Below are positions 38,094 to 52,261 of a stretch of DNA of 64,000 nt, piece after piece. The first letter of the stretch is position 1. Each line of letters opens with the position of its first letter. The notes beneath the pieces are model-generated. The model saw only the letters and a program-made list of their open reading frames with translations. It ran no database searches and was not told the origin of the DNA. Origin of the DNA: Azolla caroliniana (lineage: Eukaryota; Plantae; Polypodiophyta); the NCBI GenBank assembly GCA_043228905.1, contig JBHGNT010000013.1, forward strand, positions 5,704,001 to 5,768,000, written 5' to 3'. The translations under genes and the position numbers were made by a program.

Positions 38094-41000
38094 GGTCAAG
38101 AGCCAAGAACGAGGGGCCATCACCGCCACTGCCATCGTTGCCACCGCAATAGCCACCGTCAGTCGCCGCCACTGCCATCGTTGCCACCGCAATAGCCACC
38201 GTCTCCGCCACTGCCATCTCCTAAAAGCCTGGAAATCTGATTCATCTGGCCACGCAGCAGCAAAATCAAATACATCAGCGCCACCACTGCGCCATTGATG
38301 CCGCTGCCATCACATAAGTATAAGCGCCGATCCGATTTTTGAGGATATAAGGATGCAGGAGATCATGGCCTGCAATTTTTAAGGCCGAGAGCTTGTGCAT
38401 GGGATAGCAAGCTAGAACCCCTGTTCTGTTGGAAGAGAGGCAGATGGAAGAAGAAGCTCCAAAAAGAACAAGAAAGTGATGACAATATCACATCTGAAGA
38501 CAGAGGAGAAACAAGAGAAACACGTTACAGCCATGGCACATGCACGACGGTTATATCACGAGGAGATATGAAGATTAAGACAAACACAGCAAATAAGAAC
38601 ATAGGAAGAAAAGGAAAAAGAGAGAAGTAAAAGAGAGGGGCAACTAGCAAAATTTCGAAAATTGGAGGACATATAGACAAAATTTTAGAAGCTCAAGGGC
38701 AGATGATGAAATTTAAAAAACTGGATGGTAGAAGAGAATATTTCATAAAAAAACAGGAGGGCCTATGATAAAAAAATTTAAAACAATTTGAGGGCAAAAT
38801 TTTAAAGACCAAAGGGTACAAAATATAAAACTCACTTCACATGACGAAAGAAAATTTACACAAACACACAACACAATTTCACGATCCATACCACATTGAA
38901 CTAGCCGATTGGTGTATGATCCAATCGTGACTTGTGTTGACCGAACAAGAAGGTTCGAGTCAAGCAATGCTCCGATCGAAGTTATCGATCGTAGAGCTAT
39001 GATCTGGTTGAGAGATTTACGACCGTTGAGACAACCGACGGAGTTCCGGTCGAGAAGAGTTGCCATGGCGAGTGGGTTCACCATGCAATGCACTGTCCCA
39101 TAGGTGTGCCATGTGTTACCCGTAAGAATATACGAGGAGGCATAAGGGTAGGTGCAATGATGTGGTTGATGTGTATGTGTAAAGTTAATGAGCGTGTGAG
39201 GATAAGTATGTGTATGGACACATGCACAATTATGTGCATGTGTACGAGAATGTGTAACGGTCTTATTTTATAACAGTCATGTAACCATTACATTAGATGT
39301 ATTATATAAACTCCTTATGGGCATGTAATGAAGATACATTTTTCCCCTCTCACAATTGTGTCATTTCCTATTTGTCTCTCTCTAGCTCTCTCCCTGTCCT
39401 AACCCCCTTGGGAGGGGGGTGAAGCCATTCTAGCCTTCACCCCCAACCCCAACAACAATATTCGAGAAGTTCGATCATTCCTTGGATATCGTGAGTGATC
39501 GAGATACAAAGTTTACTAGTGACTTCTGGACGCAAGTCTTTAAGAAGTTAGAAACTACGTTGACCATGAGCTCCACGGATCATCCTCAATCCGATGGACA
39601 GACCAAACGAGTAAATCAAATTATTGAGGACATGCTTCGAGCATATGTTGGTGCAAAACCAACAAAATGGGAACGTTATCTCCCAGTTTTGGAGTTTGCT
39701 TATAATATCTCTAAGCATACGTCGACGGGATATAGTCCTTTTATGTTGATGTATGCTTCTCAGCCACGAGCCCCGATTGATGTCAATATACATCATGATG
39801 ATTTGCGAAGTACGCAAAAATTTCTTCAAGATATGCAAGATATGTTGCATATAACAGGAGATAATATAAAAACTTCTCAAGATAGAGCGCGTTTTTATGT
39901 CGATCATCATAGGCAACCTCATGTAATCAACCCTGGACAGAAGGTATTTTTACATGTACCTCAATATTCTAAGACATTGTCTACGGGTAAGTGCGTTAAG
40001 TTAGCTCCATGGTTTTGTGGACCTTTTATAGTCCTAAAAAGCATTGGTTCATCAGCCTATCGTCTCGCTCTTCCTGATGGCGTTGAAATCCATCCAGTTT
40101 TTCATGTAAGTCATCTAAAAGAACTTCTAGGTTTTGGCGACAATACAATTACAACTAAAACTCTGGTTACTTCTGAAGAATTATCTTCTAAACCACATGT
40201 ACCGGAAAGAATTCTCGATGTTAAAACAATAAAATTGTGTAATAAAGAAATCTGAGAATTTAAAATGAAATGGATGGGTAAATCTATCAAAGATGCCACA
40301 TGGGAACGTGAAACTATTCTTAGAACTAACTTCCCTAACTTTCCATTGCAAGAGTGCAATGTTTTAAAGAGGGGGAGTATGTTACGGGCATGACCATATA
40401 ATATCCCGTAGTGAGAATTTACCGTAGTATTCTATACACGTGGATAAGTGTGAGGGTTAAATGAGAGTGTAAAGAAGGGGAGGATTACTTTTAATCCTCG
40501 GGAGTGAGACAACCCATTAGGCCAAGTGTGAACTTGCCTGGGGGCCTTGGGTATCGCGATAAATATGAGGCCTAGCTACCCTCATTTGATCATCTTTTGA
40601 CTACGTCGAGACTCTATTTCATGGTGGGTCAACTCTTGTAGCGAGTGCACCAGCACTAGGTACGACTCGACGCCACGGCGGTAGTATGGGACGCCGATCG
40701 AGGCTCGAGTCCGTCGCGATCCCTTCGCTCGGGGGTGGTCGGGTGGATCTTCTTTCTTTCTCTCCTTTCTATCTATCTATCTATCTTTTATCTTTATCCT
40801 TTTCTTACATTAGTTCATAACTCCTACGTCCTACGCGCTACGCAAACCCCCTATCCCTTGCACCAAGATCACCTTGATACCTACCTCGAAGGATTGAGGG
40901 TGGGTCGTGTTCCTAACCGGTAACATACTCATAATTACATGTAGTTATAATAACATATACTTGACCTAGGGCAACAATTTCGGATTGGTAAAGTATTGGA

Positions 41001-42242
41001 CGTGGTGATGCATGAAAACCAAAAATTAGATAAAGTCTACAAAGGTGCATTGGTCTAACATTAAAAGCAAGAATGCATTTACAGGCAAGTATACATTGGA
41101 GATGATGGAATGCCTAATATCAAGAGGGAAAGAAATATTCGTAACACATCGACCCTTGACATGCATGAGGTGGATATCACTATGTACATCTTTCCACTAA
41201 GAAAACCTAGCAATTTACGAAAGTCAACTATAGACATAATAAAAGAGACTACAAGTCTACAAGACTTCTTCGATCGAAGGCAGACCAGATCTTCTACACA
41301 TGATTTGGATCACAAAATTTGGTTTTAGATGAAGACAATGCTTTGATTGGTAGATTTGATAATGAGGAGTATGAGTCACCATTGTATACTAGGCTTTATA
41401 GTAGTGATTCTTATGAGAGGAAAAACTCTTTATTGTAATTTTGGCATGATAAGTTAACAATATAAGCTTGTAAGAGCTCGAAAGATATAAAGCTTAATTT
41501 TTTTTAAATCAATCACTCCTTGTGAGTATTGTTTGTCATAAAAAACATGACTTGTTAATTTTGCGGTTAAAAACATGGCTTACATTTAGTTTTGTGAACT
41601 TTCAATTTTATGAAATGGTGAGATTTTAAGCTTTTCCATTGAGTCTTTCAGGACATGTGATACAGGTATCACATGTTTGGTGAGATGGTTAAAAAAACCT
41701 TGAAATCAAACGGAATATTCCAATTTTGCGCGATCCTTCCACTTCTGAACATGAACCTATTCTTCACATTCTGATCGTGCTTGCACCGGTTCCATATGTG
41801 TTACTTTTATCAGGAGTTTCATTTCCAGCTCCTTCTAACTCTATTATTTTTGTCACTTTTTCTTGCATTGGTTGAAAGGTCACACAATAAATGTATGATC
41901 AAGCCAGTAGATGTTTTCTTGTATTATTCATTGTCGGTTATACTCATCTGATGAGCTAGAGGATAAAATCACAGAAACTACCCAAAAATTTAGTAGTTAC
42001 GGGTATTAGCCACGTCTCTAGGTATTTCCTCCACCGACATGAGGCATGTCGCCATATACTAATGAATGTGTTACACTAATCATGATGAGTGTTTGTGGCT
42101 ACCTAAGAGCAATTGAAAAAGCTAAATAAAAATGTTAAGGGGTTGAATCACATTTGAATTTAATCGAAAATGTCAATTTTGTAATATATGAGAAACAATT
42201 TGTTTTGGATTACTTAGTATAGGGTCTATTCATTTCATAAGC

Positions 42243-42264
42243 AATGAGTGATATAAAATGGTAT

Positions 42265-42312
<48 letters not shown>

Positions 42313-42998
42313 TTAGAAAACAAACTACTTCAAACCAATGTGAGGGAGAGGAAAAGAGAGAAAGAGACAATGAAATAATTAAAGCTTGAACTAGTATTGA
42401 AGCATGTTTCCAAGGTCTGGAAAAAGAATTCCAACTCCTGTTTCCATAAGCTTTCTCCTAACACTACATTTCTATTGTTTAGTTGGATGGCCCCTCACTC
42501 ATTGCAGGTCGAATCCTCCAGCTAAACAACCTTATTGTACCTCTTGATTTTTTTGCATTTCAAATTATATTAATACATCAAAGTTCAATAGCTTTGAACT
42601 CTCTACAATTACCTCGTTTAGGTTCCAATGATCATATAATATTGATTGCATCATAGCCATGACATGATGGTAAGATAATGATGGATGTCTTCTAACAACA
42701 GACTAGATGTTTCCAATAATGAAAGAAACCGCAACAAATTACCTCGTAATCTTCTATTTGCATGTGTAGTCTAACTTTGGCATCACAATGTAGGACCAGA
42801 TTTGAAAATTGATCTCATGTTTGAATTTTATATATAAGATCAATGAGTTGATATAAAATGGTGTATATATATATATATATATATACTTGTTTAGAAAACC
42901 AACTACATCAAACCAAAGTGAGGGATAGGAAAAGAGAGAAGGAGACAATGAAATAAGTAAAGCTTGAAGTGGTGTTGAAGCATGTTTCCAAGGCTTGG
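42243..42998. repeat. Diverged ~170-bp direct repeat (42243-42420, 42843-42998) with (CA)n in one copy and (TA)n in the other
   Basis: Shared TGATATAAAATGGT..TGTTTAGAAAAC..GAAGCATGTTTCCAAGG. Confidence 0.8.
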
Positions 42999-43001
42999 AT
43001 A

Positions 43002-45541
43002 TGTTGGGAATATGTCTCTCCGTGGGACGAGCCGATTGTTCAGGCCGAGAAGAACCGACTCTTTAGGAATAGTCGATAGTCGACCAGTAGACAGTAGACA
43101 GTCGACTTATTAACTGTTGATTATTACTATAACTATAATAATAATAGTGGCGATGTGTTGTAGGGGTTACACTTGTAAATACTCCATATGATGCATGAGT
43201 GTGTGTGCTTGTGTATATATAGGGAAAATATAGCGTTAGATGTGTGTGAGCATAGAAAAGATAGTAGTGCGCGTGAAGTAGGTGTGTAGCCAAGCACGAG
43301 AGAGGAGAAGAGTGTGTGTACCAGCAGACGCCAAGAGCCATGCGTGGCTAATACACTCGACAAAAAGAGTGTTGTAACCTCCTCCATTTTATATCCATTA
43401 TATAGTGAAGCTCTGTTCTTTAGTGGTTTTCTCCCGTTTTAGGGTTTCCACGTTAAAATCTGTGTGCATTGTTTTTTGTATGTGTCTCAGTACTGTATTT
43501 CAGCATATTCCCTCTCGTGGATTAACAATTCAATTCGCAACAAACTGGTATCAGAGCTTGAGGTGCAAGCATGGAAGGAGGTGTGAGCGGCTTCCTAGGT
43601 ATGATAGTTGTAAACTCACAGAACTATGTAGATACTGGAAGATAAACATGGAAGACCCTCTCATAGTGAAAGATCTGTACGAGCCCGTCAATAGAGCAGA
43701 TATACCTAGGGGGTATTGTAGTCGGAATGGAATCTTCTTAATAGAAAGGAAGTGGCCACGATTTGACCATGCGTCGATGTAAGTCTCCTTCAGCATGTGG
43801 CGAACGACACGAATGCCCACGAGATGTGGTAGAAGCTGTTAGCCCTATATGAGAGGAAGAATGTGCTCAATAACACCTCACTGATGAGAAATATCGTTTG
43901 GTTGAAATACAGAGATGGTGAGAGCATCGTCGAACACATCAGCACTAAAATGGGGTATGTGAATCAACTGGTTGCAACAAGGTTTCCCCTAGAAGATGCA
44001 ATGCATGCGATTCTGCTACTATGCACCCTGTTGGATAGCTAGGAGAATAAAGTGGTTACTCTTAACACCTTGTGTCAAGAAGAGAACTTGTCTCTTCAAG
44101 ATGTGAAGACAAGTATCGTTTCTTGAAGACAAGTATCTTAAACGAGGAGACAAGGAGGAAGGACAAGGGTGTCCTCTCTCAGGCAAATGTGAATGTGACA
44201 CAACATTTGGACAAAGGAAGGAACTGGCGAAGAAGTTCACAATGAAGGGACAAATCCCACGCAAGATCGAAGTCCAGAGGTAAGCAAACATGCTTTTATA
44301 GTGGAAAGCCTAGACACTTCTAGAAGGACAACCGACACATGGGGAAGAACAACGGTGTCGATAATGGTGTCGAACCTAGGAAGATTGCTGATGAAAAGAA
44401 GACTTCGGCCATTGCTACAAGCAATGAAGAACATCTTCTCATCTATGAATAGACAAATGCAAATCTTGCAAGTGTAGAATGCACTTGGGTGATCGACTCT
44501 GAGGCATCTTTCCATATAACTCAGTAGAGAGTATTTCTCGACTTACATAGCTGGGGATCATGGGTATGTAAACATGGGTGACAATTGACAGTGCAAGATA
44601 GCTGGAGTTAGAAGTGTCTGCTTGAGGACGTCGACAAGGTGTCGACAAACTCTAAAGGATGTTCGAAACGTCCTCAATATTAGATTGAATTTGATATAGG
44701 CTGGAAGGATGGATGACGAAGGCTACAGTGGTAGCTTTTGGAATGGCAAGTGGAAGTTCTGCCGAGGAAATCTCATAGTGGCCCAAGCATAGAAAGAAGG
44801 CACATTATATATGATGCATGCCCGATTGTGCAAAGTCGGAAGTGAACATGGAAGTTGACTCAACATAAGAGATATGGCACAAGAGGCTAGGCCACATGAG
44901 TGAGAAGGGATTGCATTTGTTAGTTGACCATAAACTTCTACCAAAAGTCAAGGGAGTGCACCTAGAGGAGTGCGTCGACTTGTTAGGTGGAAAGCAGAAC
45001 AGAGCAACATTCCACTCAAGATCACCAAAAAGAAGAGAAGTGCTACCAGAACTAGTACACATGGATGTGTGTTATGTGGAAGCTCCATCACAATGAGGTG
45101 GACAGTACTTTGTGAGATTTATTGACGACTATAGTCAGAAGACATGGGCCTTCGTACCGAAGTCAAAGGATCAAGTATTGTCGTTCTTCAAGGAGTTCCA
45201 AGCAAGAGCCAAACGAGAGTCGGGTCGAAAGTTCAAGGTTGTCCGAACTGACAATGGTAGCGAGTATAAAGGGTAGTTCGAGGAGTATTGCAAGTGCCAA
45301 GGTATTCGGATCGATCACACATTGCCAAAGACCCCTGAGTTGAACGGGCTTGCAGACAGGATGTATCGAACAATCATGGAGAAGGTTAGGTGCATGTTGT
45401 CGCATGCCAAACTACCAAAGATATACTAGGCTACGACAATGTACACAATTGTTTATCTAATCAACAGGTCTCCCTCAGTGCCATTGAAAGGTGATGCCCC
45501 ATAGAGGGTGTGGAGAGGAAAGGATTTCTTCTACCAAAACC
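43002..45541 (+). mobile_element. Tnt1/Tork-like copia, 5' part (LTR 43002-43542, PBS-Met, gag, protease, integrase)
   Basis: PBS TGGTATCAGAGC at 43546; WVIDSEASFH; MSEKGLHLL..ELVHMDVC. Confidence 0.88.
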
Positions 45542-47445
45542 TATTGTCCGCCGAAATAGTAACCGACGGACAGGAGCGCAGAAATATAGTATAAAAGTAA
45601 CGCATGTAAACGGTTCACGCGAGAAGTGTGAACGGCTAATAAACCCAGTGTATATAAAGGGTAGAAATCCTCTAATAGAGGTAGTGTGTAATTTTGAATG
45701 TAAAAGCCGTATCTTAATAGAGTTCTATCTTCTCTAATCCCCATGCGTATCTGTGGTTAATCTACTGTGTGCCTGTGATTCTTGGTGGCGTAGCGTAGTT
45801 GTAAGAGCATAGGCGTGAGTAGCGGTGTGGTTGCTAGTCCATTTTCTAAGGAGTTCGGTTGTAACTGTCTCCCTTATATGCTACTAGGATACGGGAGGTA
45901 TCCCACTAAGTATTACGCTACGACGGTACCATTCGTTGCAACACAATCACTTTAGGGTCTAGGTCGAAGGACTGACTATAGACCGTGTTCCTAATCGGTA
46001 ACACTTTTGGCACGCTCGGTGCTCTGTGTCTTCTCACAGACGAACATGGACGAATGGATGTTTAGCCGCAGACGTCCCAGAGAACCAATGCGACAAGACC
46101 GACCAATCACAAGATCCATCAAACGCTAGGCAGAGGAACGCACACGGCAAAAACCTCGCCTCAGTGATACCAATCGGGACCACAAAGACGACTTTTCGCT
46201 CACCAAATACCCCGACAACAGGCAGCAAGTTCGCTCACCACACAACCACCATGGTCTTTCCCTGCCCGCCGTAGCATCTAGCATGGCCTTCTCGTATCCC
46301 CGCTTCAATGGCGAAACCGACGCCGCAACCCACATTCGCCTGTTCCTAAATGTCTCGAATGCAAATCATATGGCGCAGAGCCTTCCCGACGAAGTTGCGC
46401 ACCAGTCCAAAATGACAGAGTTTGGATTAACTCTAGATGGGAGAGTGGTGTTTTGGCATTCGCAGATGGATCTGCCAGCAATCAAGACCTTTGACCAGCT
46501 ACAGTTGGCTTTTTTGCGTTTCTTTCATCGGAAGGTGCCGCAACGTGAAATCCTCAGGCAGTTTTATACAATTAAACACTTGCCGGCCGAGACTGTAGCG
46601 GATTTCAGTTTACGCTTCCAAAATCTACGATGGAAGTTAGAACGGGAGCCGATGGAGGACGAGGCTCGGGAGACATTCCTGGCAGCTCTATGACGACCAA
46701 TACAGACGACGCTCAACAACAGTAGCGTGAAAGGAGAAACGACCGACATGATCATAGAACGAGCGCTACAGCTCGAGCTGGACGAAGAAGAAGAACGATT
46801 TTCCATGTCCTCATTACGGCAAGCGTTACCTCAGAATGAGGAGCACCACTTCCGCCAGGCAATCCAATGCACGATTTGCTTGAATTCTGGGCATTCCGTA
46901 GTCGACTGCAACATGCGAATCCACTGCCCAATCTGTCACTCGAAAGCACACACGGTTGAGCAGTGTGAGTACAATATGTTGAACAGAGCCACGCCCACAG
47001 TACGAAGCATGGAAACACAGCGCCCCCCTCGCCGTAATGAGCAAAGGCGCCAAGAGGAACGACCCCGGTATATGAATCGGAACCCACTCGATGACCAGCA
47101 CTATCGGAATCACCGGAATAACAATGATTCCGAGGAAGATGAGCCGGAGGATGAAGGGGGGGGGGGGGGGGGGGGCGATGCTATGAGAATTACCGTCCAA
47201 CGAACAAATGTGGCGGCTTCAATGGGCCTCACGGAAAACATCGTCAATATCGGGACGACGAAAGTTCAGACGAGGAACAACACCAGGAACTGCGTCGGGA
47301 CCAACAACAACCACCGCGTCCGCTCCAAAGAACGAATTAGGATTGGGAGGAGCAAGTCACACCTAGGGATCGGCACACACCACTAGTTGCCGAGAAAGGC
47401 GAATCTAGCGTCCATTGTTTTATTCGCCAATAGCCTGGACATTAT

Positions 47446-50400
47446 TGTAAAGAATCAAGAGATGGATTCTGTGGAGCGGAATAGATATGAATTGTGTGTG
47501 TGTATGAGAGAGAGTGAGAGAGACAAGGAGTAATACATAGAGAATACGCAAGGTAAAGTATATTAACAAAGGAGAAAGACTCAACATTATACAAGGTGGG
47601 AGGAGGGTGCTTTATATAGTCACCCTCTCTCTTCATTAACTACAAGACTCATGGAGCTTAGGGAATGTGAAAGCGCATAAGTTATGTGTCATAGAATATG
47701 ATTCTATGACCCATACTAAATGCTAGAATACAAAGTGGTGACATAATGGTGACTCTCGACCATTGGAGTGTCTATTCACTCTCTAGATGAGTTCACACAC
47801 TAGACCAAGTTGAGCTTGATTCTCAACACGCCCCCTCAAGCTCAAGTCTGGTCGGTTTCAGACGGTATGCGAAATCCGCTTCAACTCGCGTTCCGGAGTC
47901 TGCGTCGACTCACGTCGACTCGCATTTATGCAGAGTTGCGGAATCCGTGCTCCAACTTGCGTTGTGCATAGTTGCGAAGTCTGTGCTTCGGCTTGCGTCT
48001 TTCTTCGTGGCTTTGCGCGGTAGATCGGCTCTTTGTGGCTTCATTGTGTGGTTGCAGAATCCACGCGTTATTGCGTAGTGTCTTCAGTACTCCCCCTCAA
48101 ACTTGGCAGGTAAGGGATCGTTAATCCGAGATCGGTCATGAATTGTCATAGCTTGTCGGATCCTAAGGCTTTAGTGAAGATGTCGGCCGTTTTAAGATTT
48201 GTGCTAATGTGTTGTAGGTCGACATCGCAAGCTAGAACGCGCTCTCAGATGAAGTGATAGTGCACTTCAATGTGCTTTGTCTGCGCGTGGAACACCGGGT
48301 TCCGAGCCAGATAGATATTTCTCATGTTGTCGCAGTAAAGGGAAGTTGGATCCTTGATGGGAACGCCTAGATCCTTGAGTATCCTTTTGAGCCATACGAC
48401 TTCACATGCGGCCACTATCGCGCCCCTGTATTCCACCTCAGTGCTCAAAAGAGCGACAATTGGTTTCCTTTTGTTGCTCCAGGATATTGCTCCATTGTCG
48501 AGGGGAAAAACAAATCTGGAGGTTGATCTTCTATCGGCTTTGTAGCCGGCCCAACCGGCGTCTGTGTACCCCTCGAGTCGTATTCGCATCGCGGTCTTGT
48601 AGAGGATGCCACAATCCATTGTGCTGCTCATGTATCGTAGAACTTGCTTAGCGCAATCCAAGTGAGTATCACGTGGTGTCTGCATGAATTGGCTAAGGAG
48701 ACCGACCGGATAACTAAGATCGGGTCGAGTGATCGTGCGGTAGATGAGACTCCCGATGAGTTGCCAATACTGAGTCGGCTCACATGCTTTGGTGCCGGAG
48801 TTCACATCTAGTTTGAGATTGCGATCGAGTGGGGTTTCCGTGGATTTGCACTCAGCCATACCAAACTTGTATAACAAGTTGAGGATGTAGTGCCGTTGAG
48901 AGATCATGATTCCGGCCGGAATCCGAATTACCTCGATGTCGAGGAAGTAATGGAGCTCCTTCATGTCCGTCATCTCAAACTTGACCTTATTGATTTCGAC
49001 GAGGTGATCACCTCCAATGACTAGGTCATCCACATATAAGATGATGACGATCGAACTTACGGGATCGCTTCGTATGTAGAGGGAGTTGTCCGATTTTGAC
49101 ATACGGAAGCCGATTTGATGAAGATATTGTGTTATCTTCGAATGCCAAGCACGTGGTGCTTGCTTGAGGCCGTAGAGTGGCTTCTTGAGTCGGCGTATAG
49201 CTTTTGAATGGGTGCTCGAGTTGAAGTCGGGTGATTGTATCATCTACACCTCCTCTTCTAATTCGCCTTGTAGAAAGGCGTTCTTGACGTCCATTTGATG
49301 GAGGTGCCACCCTTTCGCCATGGCAATCACAATTATGGTCCGGACCATCATCATCTTTGTCATTGGGGCAAAGGTCTCCTCGTAGTCAACTCCGTGCGTT
49401 TGGGCGTAGCCTTTCGCTATGAGTCACACTTTGTAGCGGTTGACGGAACCGTCAGCGTTGTACTTCACTTTGTAAATCCATCTACATCCGATCGCCTTTT
49501 TGTGTGGTGAGATGGGAACGAGATCCCATGTCTCGTTCTTGCGTAGTGCTTACATCTCCTCATTCATGGCTTTGATCCATCGCGGATCCTTGGCTGCTTC
49601 GGAAAATGTTTCCGGCTCGCGTACTGTTACCACCTTCATCATAAAGGCATAGTGATATGCCATGTAGTCATTGTAGCCGAATCGGCTGACCGGATTCTTT
49701 TCATGGGTGGAGCGACGAAGCTTTTCATTTGCAGAGATGAGGGCTTTCTTAGCTCTGATTGGTACATTGAAGCTGCCGAGTGAGTGAGTGAGTCGACTCA
49801 TCGACATCGAATCGATCGTCTTCGTATTCCCTCATTTTCGCCTTGCCTTTGTCCATCTGCGGGCTAGGCTGTGATGTGCTTTGATCGCTCAAAGGCTCTT
49901 GTGGTCCGGTTAGTTGGGTCGTGATCGGACTTTCTTCGATAACGCGCGTAAGGCAATCTCCACCTTCTCGCTCTTGTTCGGCTGGTTCCACATCGATCGG
50001 GGTCGAAGTCGGAATCTTCTCTGGTGTGTACCAGGATGCAGATTCGTCGAACACGACGTCTCGACTTACTTGAACTTTTCGGGTAGATGGGTTGTACCAT
50101 TTATACCCCTTTTATTCGAGTGAGTATCCTACAAGGATACATTTCTCCAACTTTGGATCTAGCTTTTGCCTTTTCGTCGTGTATGTACATGTATGCTATC
50201 ACGCCGAATATCCGGGTGTGCGATAAGTCTGGCTTCTTTCCGAAGTATTTTTCATGCGGAGTGACCTCGTGCACTCTAGATGTTGTGCATCGGTTCATTA
50301 GGTAGACGGCCATATTTGCAGCTTCGGCCCAATATGACTTGGGCATATGCTTCTCGTTCATCATGGCCCACGCTACTTTGAGGATGTGCCGATTTTTGCG

Positions 50401-52261
50401 CTCGTCTACTCCATTTTGTTGTGGAGTGTGTCGGCAAGTGAATTCTTGCCAAATTCCTTCCTTTCGAAGATACGCCGTTAAATCATCTGAGAAGTACTCC
50501 TTGCCACCATCCAATCGAAGGCATCGTACATGACGACTAGTGGCTTTTTTTACTTCATTCTTGAATTTTTGGAAGTGTCCAAACACTTTGCCCTTTTGCC
50601 ACATCTAATAGATCCAAGTGTGCCTAGAGAAGTCGTTGATGAAGGTCATGTAGTATCGGCTTCTGCTGAACGTCGTCGTCTGCGCCGGTCTCCATACGTC
50701 GGAATGGACTACGTCGAGTAGACCTTTGCTCACGTTCCGCTCTTTTGGGAATGGGTGCCAGTGTTGCTTACCGAATTGGCACACTTCGCATACACCTTCA
50801 ATATCCTTCTCTTTGAATGTCAGGAGTCCGATGACGACTCTTTTTGATTTCATCGCTTTGAGTTTGTTGCGATTGATGTGGCTGATTCGCTTGTGCCACA
50901 GCTCTATGTCGGAGTCGTCTTTCATGCTTTTTGCGAACATGGCGCATTTTGACGGTTTGGGCCGGAGTGGAAGCTCCCCTTTCTTGCGAAGGTTCCTCAT
51001 TGGCTTCCATTTTGCGGCCGAAATTGGGAGTTGTTGTCGTAGGTCGGACCTCGTCCGCCTTGTCCTTGGCCGAGTCGGCCTCTCACTCATCTACATCCTC
51101 TTCCTCCATTCGAGTGTGTGTAGAGCATGTGGCCTTCTAACTCATTGCTCCTTGTACGCGCGTGGTTTTCTTCGACTAATAGCATTGATTGGAGCTTGAA
51201 GAAGGAGGGAGATTTCTCCCTTGCTAGAACGACGGTTCGCATCGCGCCGAACCGTGGTGCAAGGCCACCGAGGCATATTTGCACCATCTCATCATCATCA
51301 ATATTTACACTTATCGAGCCAAGCGAGTCGCAAAGCTCCTTGGTCTTCACGGTTTATGTCATGATGGACATGTCCCTTTGTTGAATGTTGTTCAACTCTT
51401 GGCGGAGTTGAAGCCTTCTTGCGGTTATGTTCGCCGCGAAAATCTTTCATAGATTTTCCCATGCCTCCTTTAGCATCTTGGCTTCGTGAATGTAGCTGAG
51501 CATGTGATTGTGAACACACGTCGCCAAGCACTACATCACGCGGTTTGCGGCTTGCTCCCATTTCGCGTATCCAGGAGCCATTTCGACGGGTCGGTCTTCG
51601 TGTGCTTCTTTGATGTAGCTCCAATAGCCTTGTCCAACAAGCTATTGGTGCATCTTGTACACCCAAGATGTGAAGTTGTTTCGATTCAACTTCTCGGTAG
51701 GGAGAGCACTCCCCATTTGAGTATTCATTATGTCGATTCTTCTTCTTCTTCTTCTTCTCTCTTCGAATGAGAGCAATGTAGCAAAGTTACGATAGCGATG
51801 AGCCGATTCTTGGTCATTGGCGTAGGACACAACGCACGTGGATGGCCTAGATCGAGCTACCAAAGCGCTCTGATACCATGTAAAGAATCAAGAGATGGAT
51901 TCTATGGAGCGGAATAGATATGAACTGTGTGTGTGTATGAGAGAGAGTGAGAGAGTCAAGGAGTAATACATAGAGAATACGCAAGGTAAAGTATATTAAC
52001 AAAGGAGAAAGACTCAACATTGTACAAGGTGGGAGGAGGGTGCTTTATATAGTCACCCTCTCTCTTCATTAACTACAAGACTCATGGAGCATGGGGAATG
52101 TGAAAGCGCATAAGTTATGTGTCAAAGAATATGATTCTATGATTCATACTAAATGCTAGAATACAAAGTGGTGACATAATGGTGACTCTCGATAGTTGGA
52201 GTGTCTATTCACTCTCAACGCAAGTTCACACACTAGACCAAGTTGAGCTTGATTCTCAACA
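47446..52261 (-). mobile_element. Bryco-like copia with paired LTRs and internal deletions, TSD ATTAT
   Basis: LTRs 47446-47828 and 51879-52261, PBS 51867-51878, PPT ~47829-47840. Gag MGSALPTEKLNRNNF; RT/RH ORF 48245-49243. Confidence 0.93.

Larger units (their letters stand above)
36452..39457 (+). mobile_element. Non-autonomous LTR element (TRIM/LARD-like, 3.0 kb) carrying host gene fragments
   Basis: LTRs 36452-36840 and 39114-39457 (TGTTACCC...CAACA), PBS TGGCACGCCC at 36845, TSD TTATT/ATATT. No gag/pol seen. Confidence 0.88.
34499..40822 (+). mobile_element. Internally deleted Met-primed chromovirus inserted in the 3' LTR of the gypsy element
   Basis: LTRs 34499-34954 and 40380-~40822 (last few nt lost), PBS TGGTATCAGAGC at 34957, [30 protein letters not shown], integrase DIVSDRD, chromodomain-like PERILD..KW..DATWE. 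No gag seen. Confidence 0.88.
10738..40925 (+). mobile_element. Non-chromovirus gypsy element (5' truncated): gag-pol 10738-15131, extra ORF region ~30880-33900, 3' LTR 34131-40925; split by nested insertions
   Basis: VPKKNGKIRVCVDY..FLDGF (RT), DASDIAIG (RH), LWWPTMQKDA..CDLYQR (INT). Continuity across 15349-30762 is shown by the AAAAC TSD. LTR TGTTGTCCGCCGAAAT...CCTAACCGGTAACA matches the termini of the LTR at 45542-46003. Confidence 0.8.

Noticed and set aside
47156-47175. Poly-G run as a G-quadruplex element
   Set aside because: Homologous gag at ~11022 has only GAGGGGGCG; likely slippage or a sequencing artefact.
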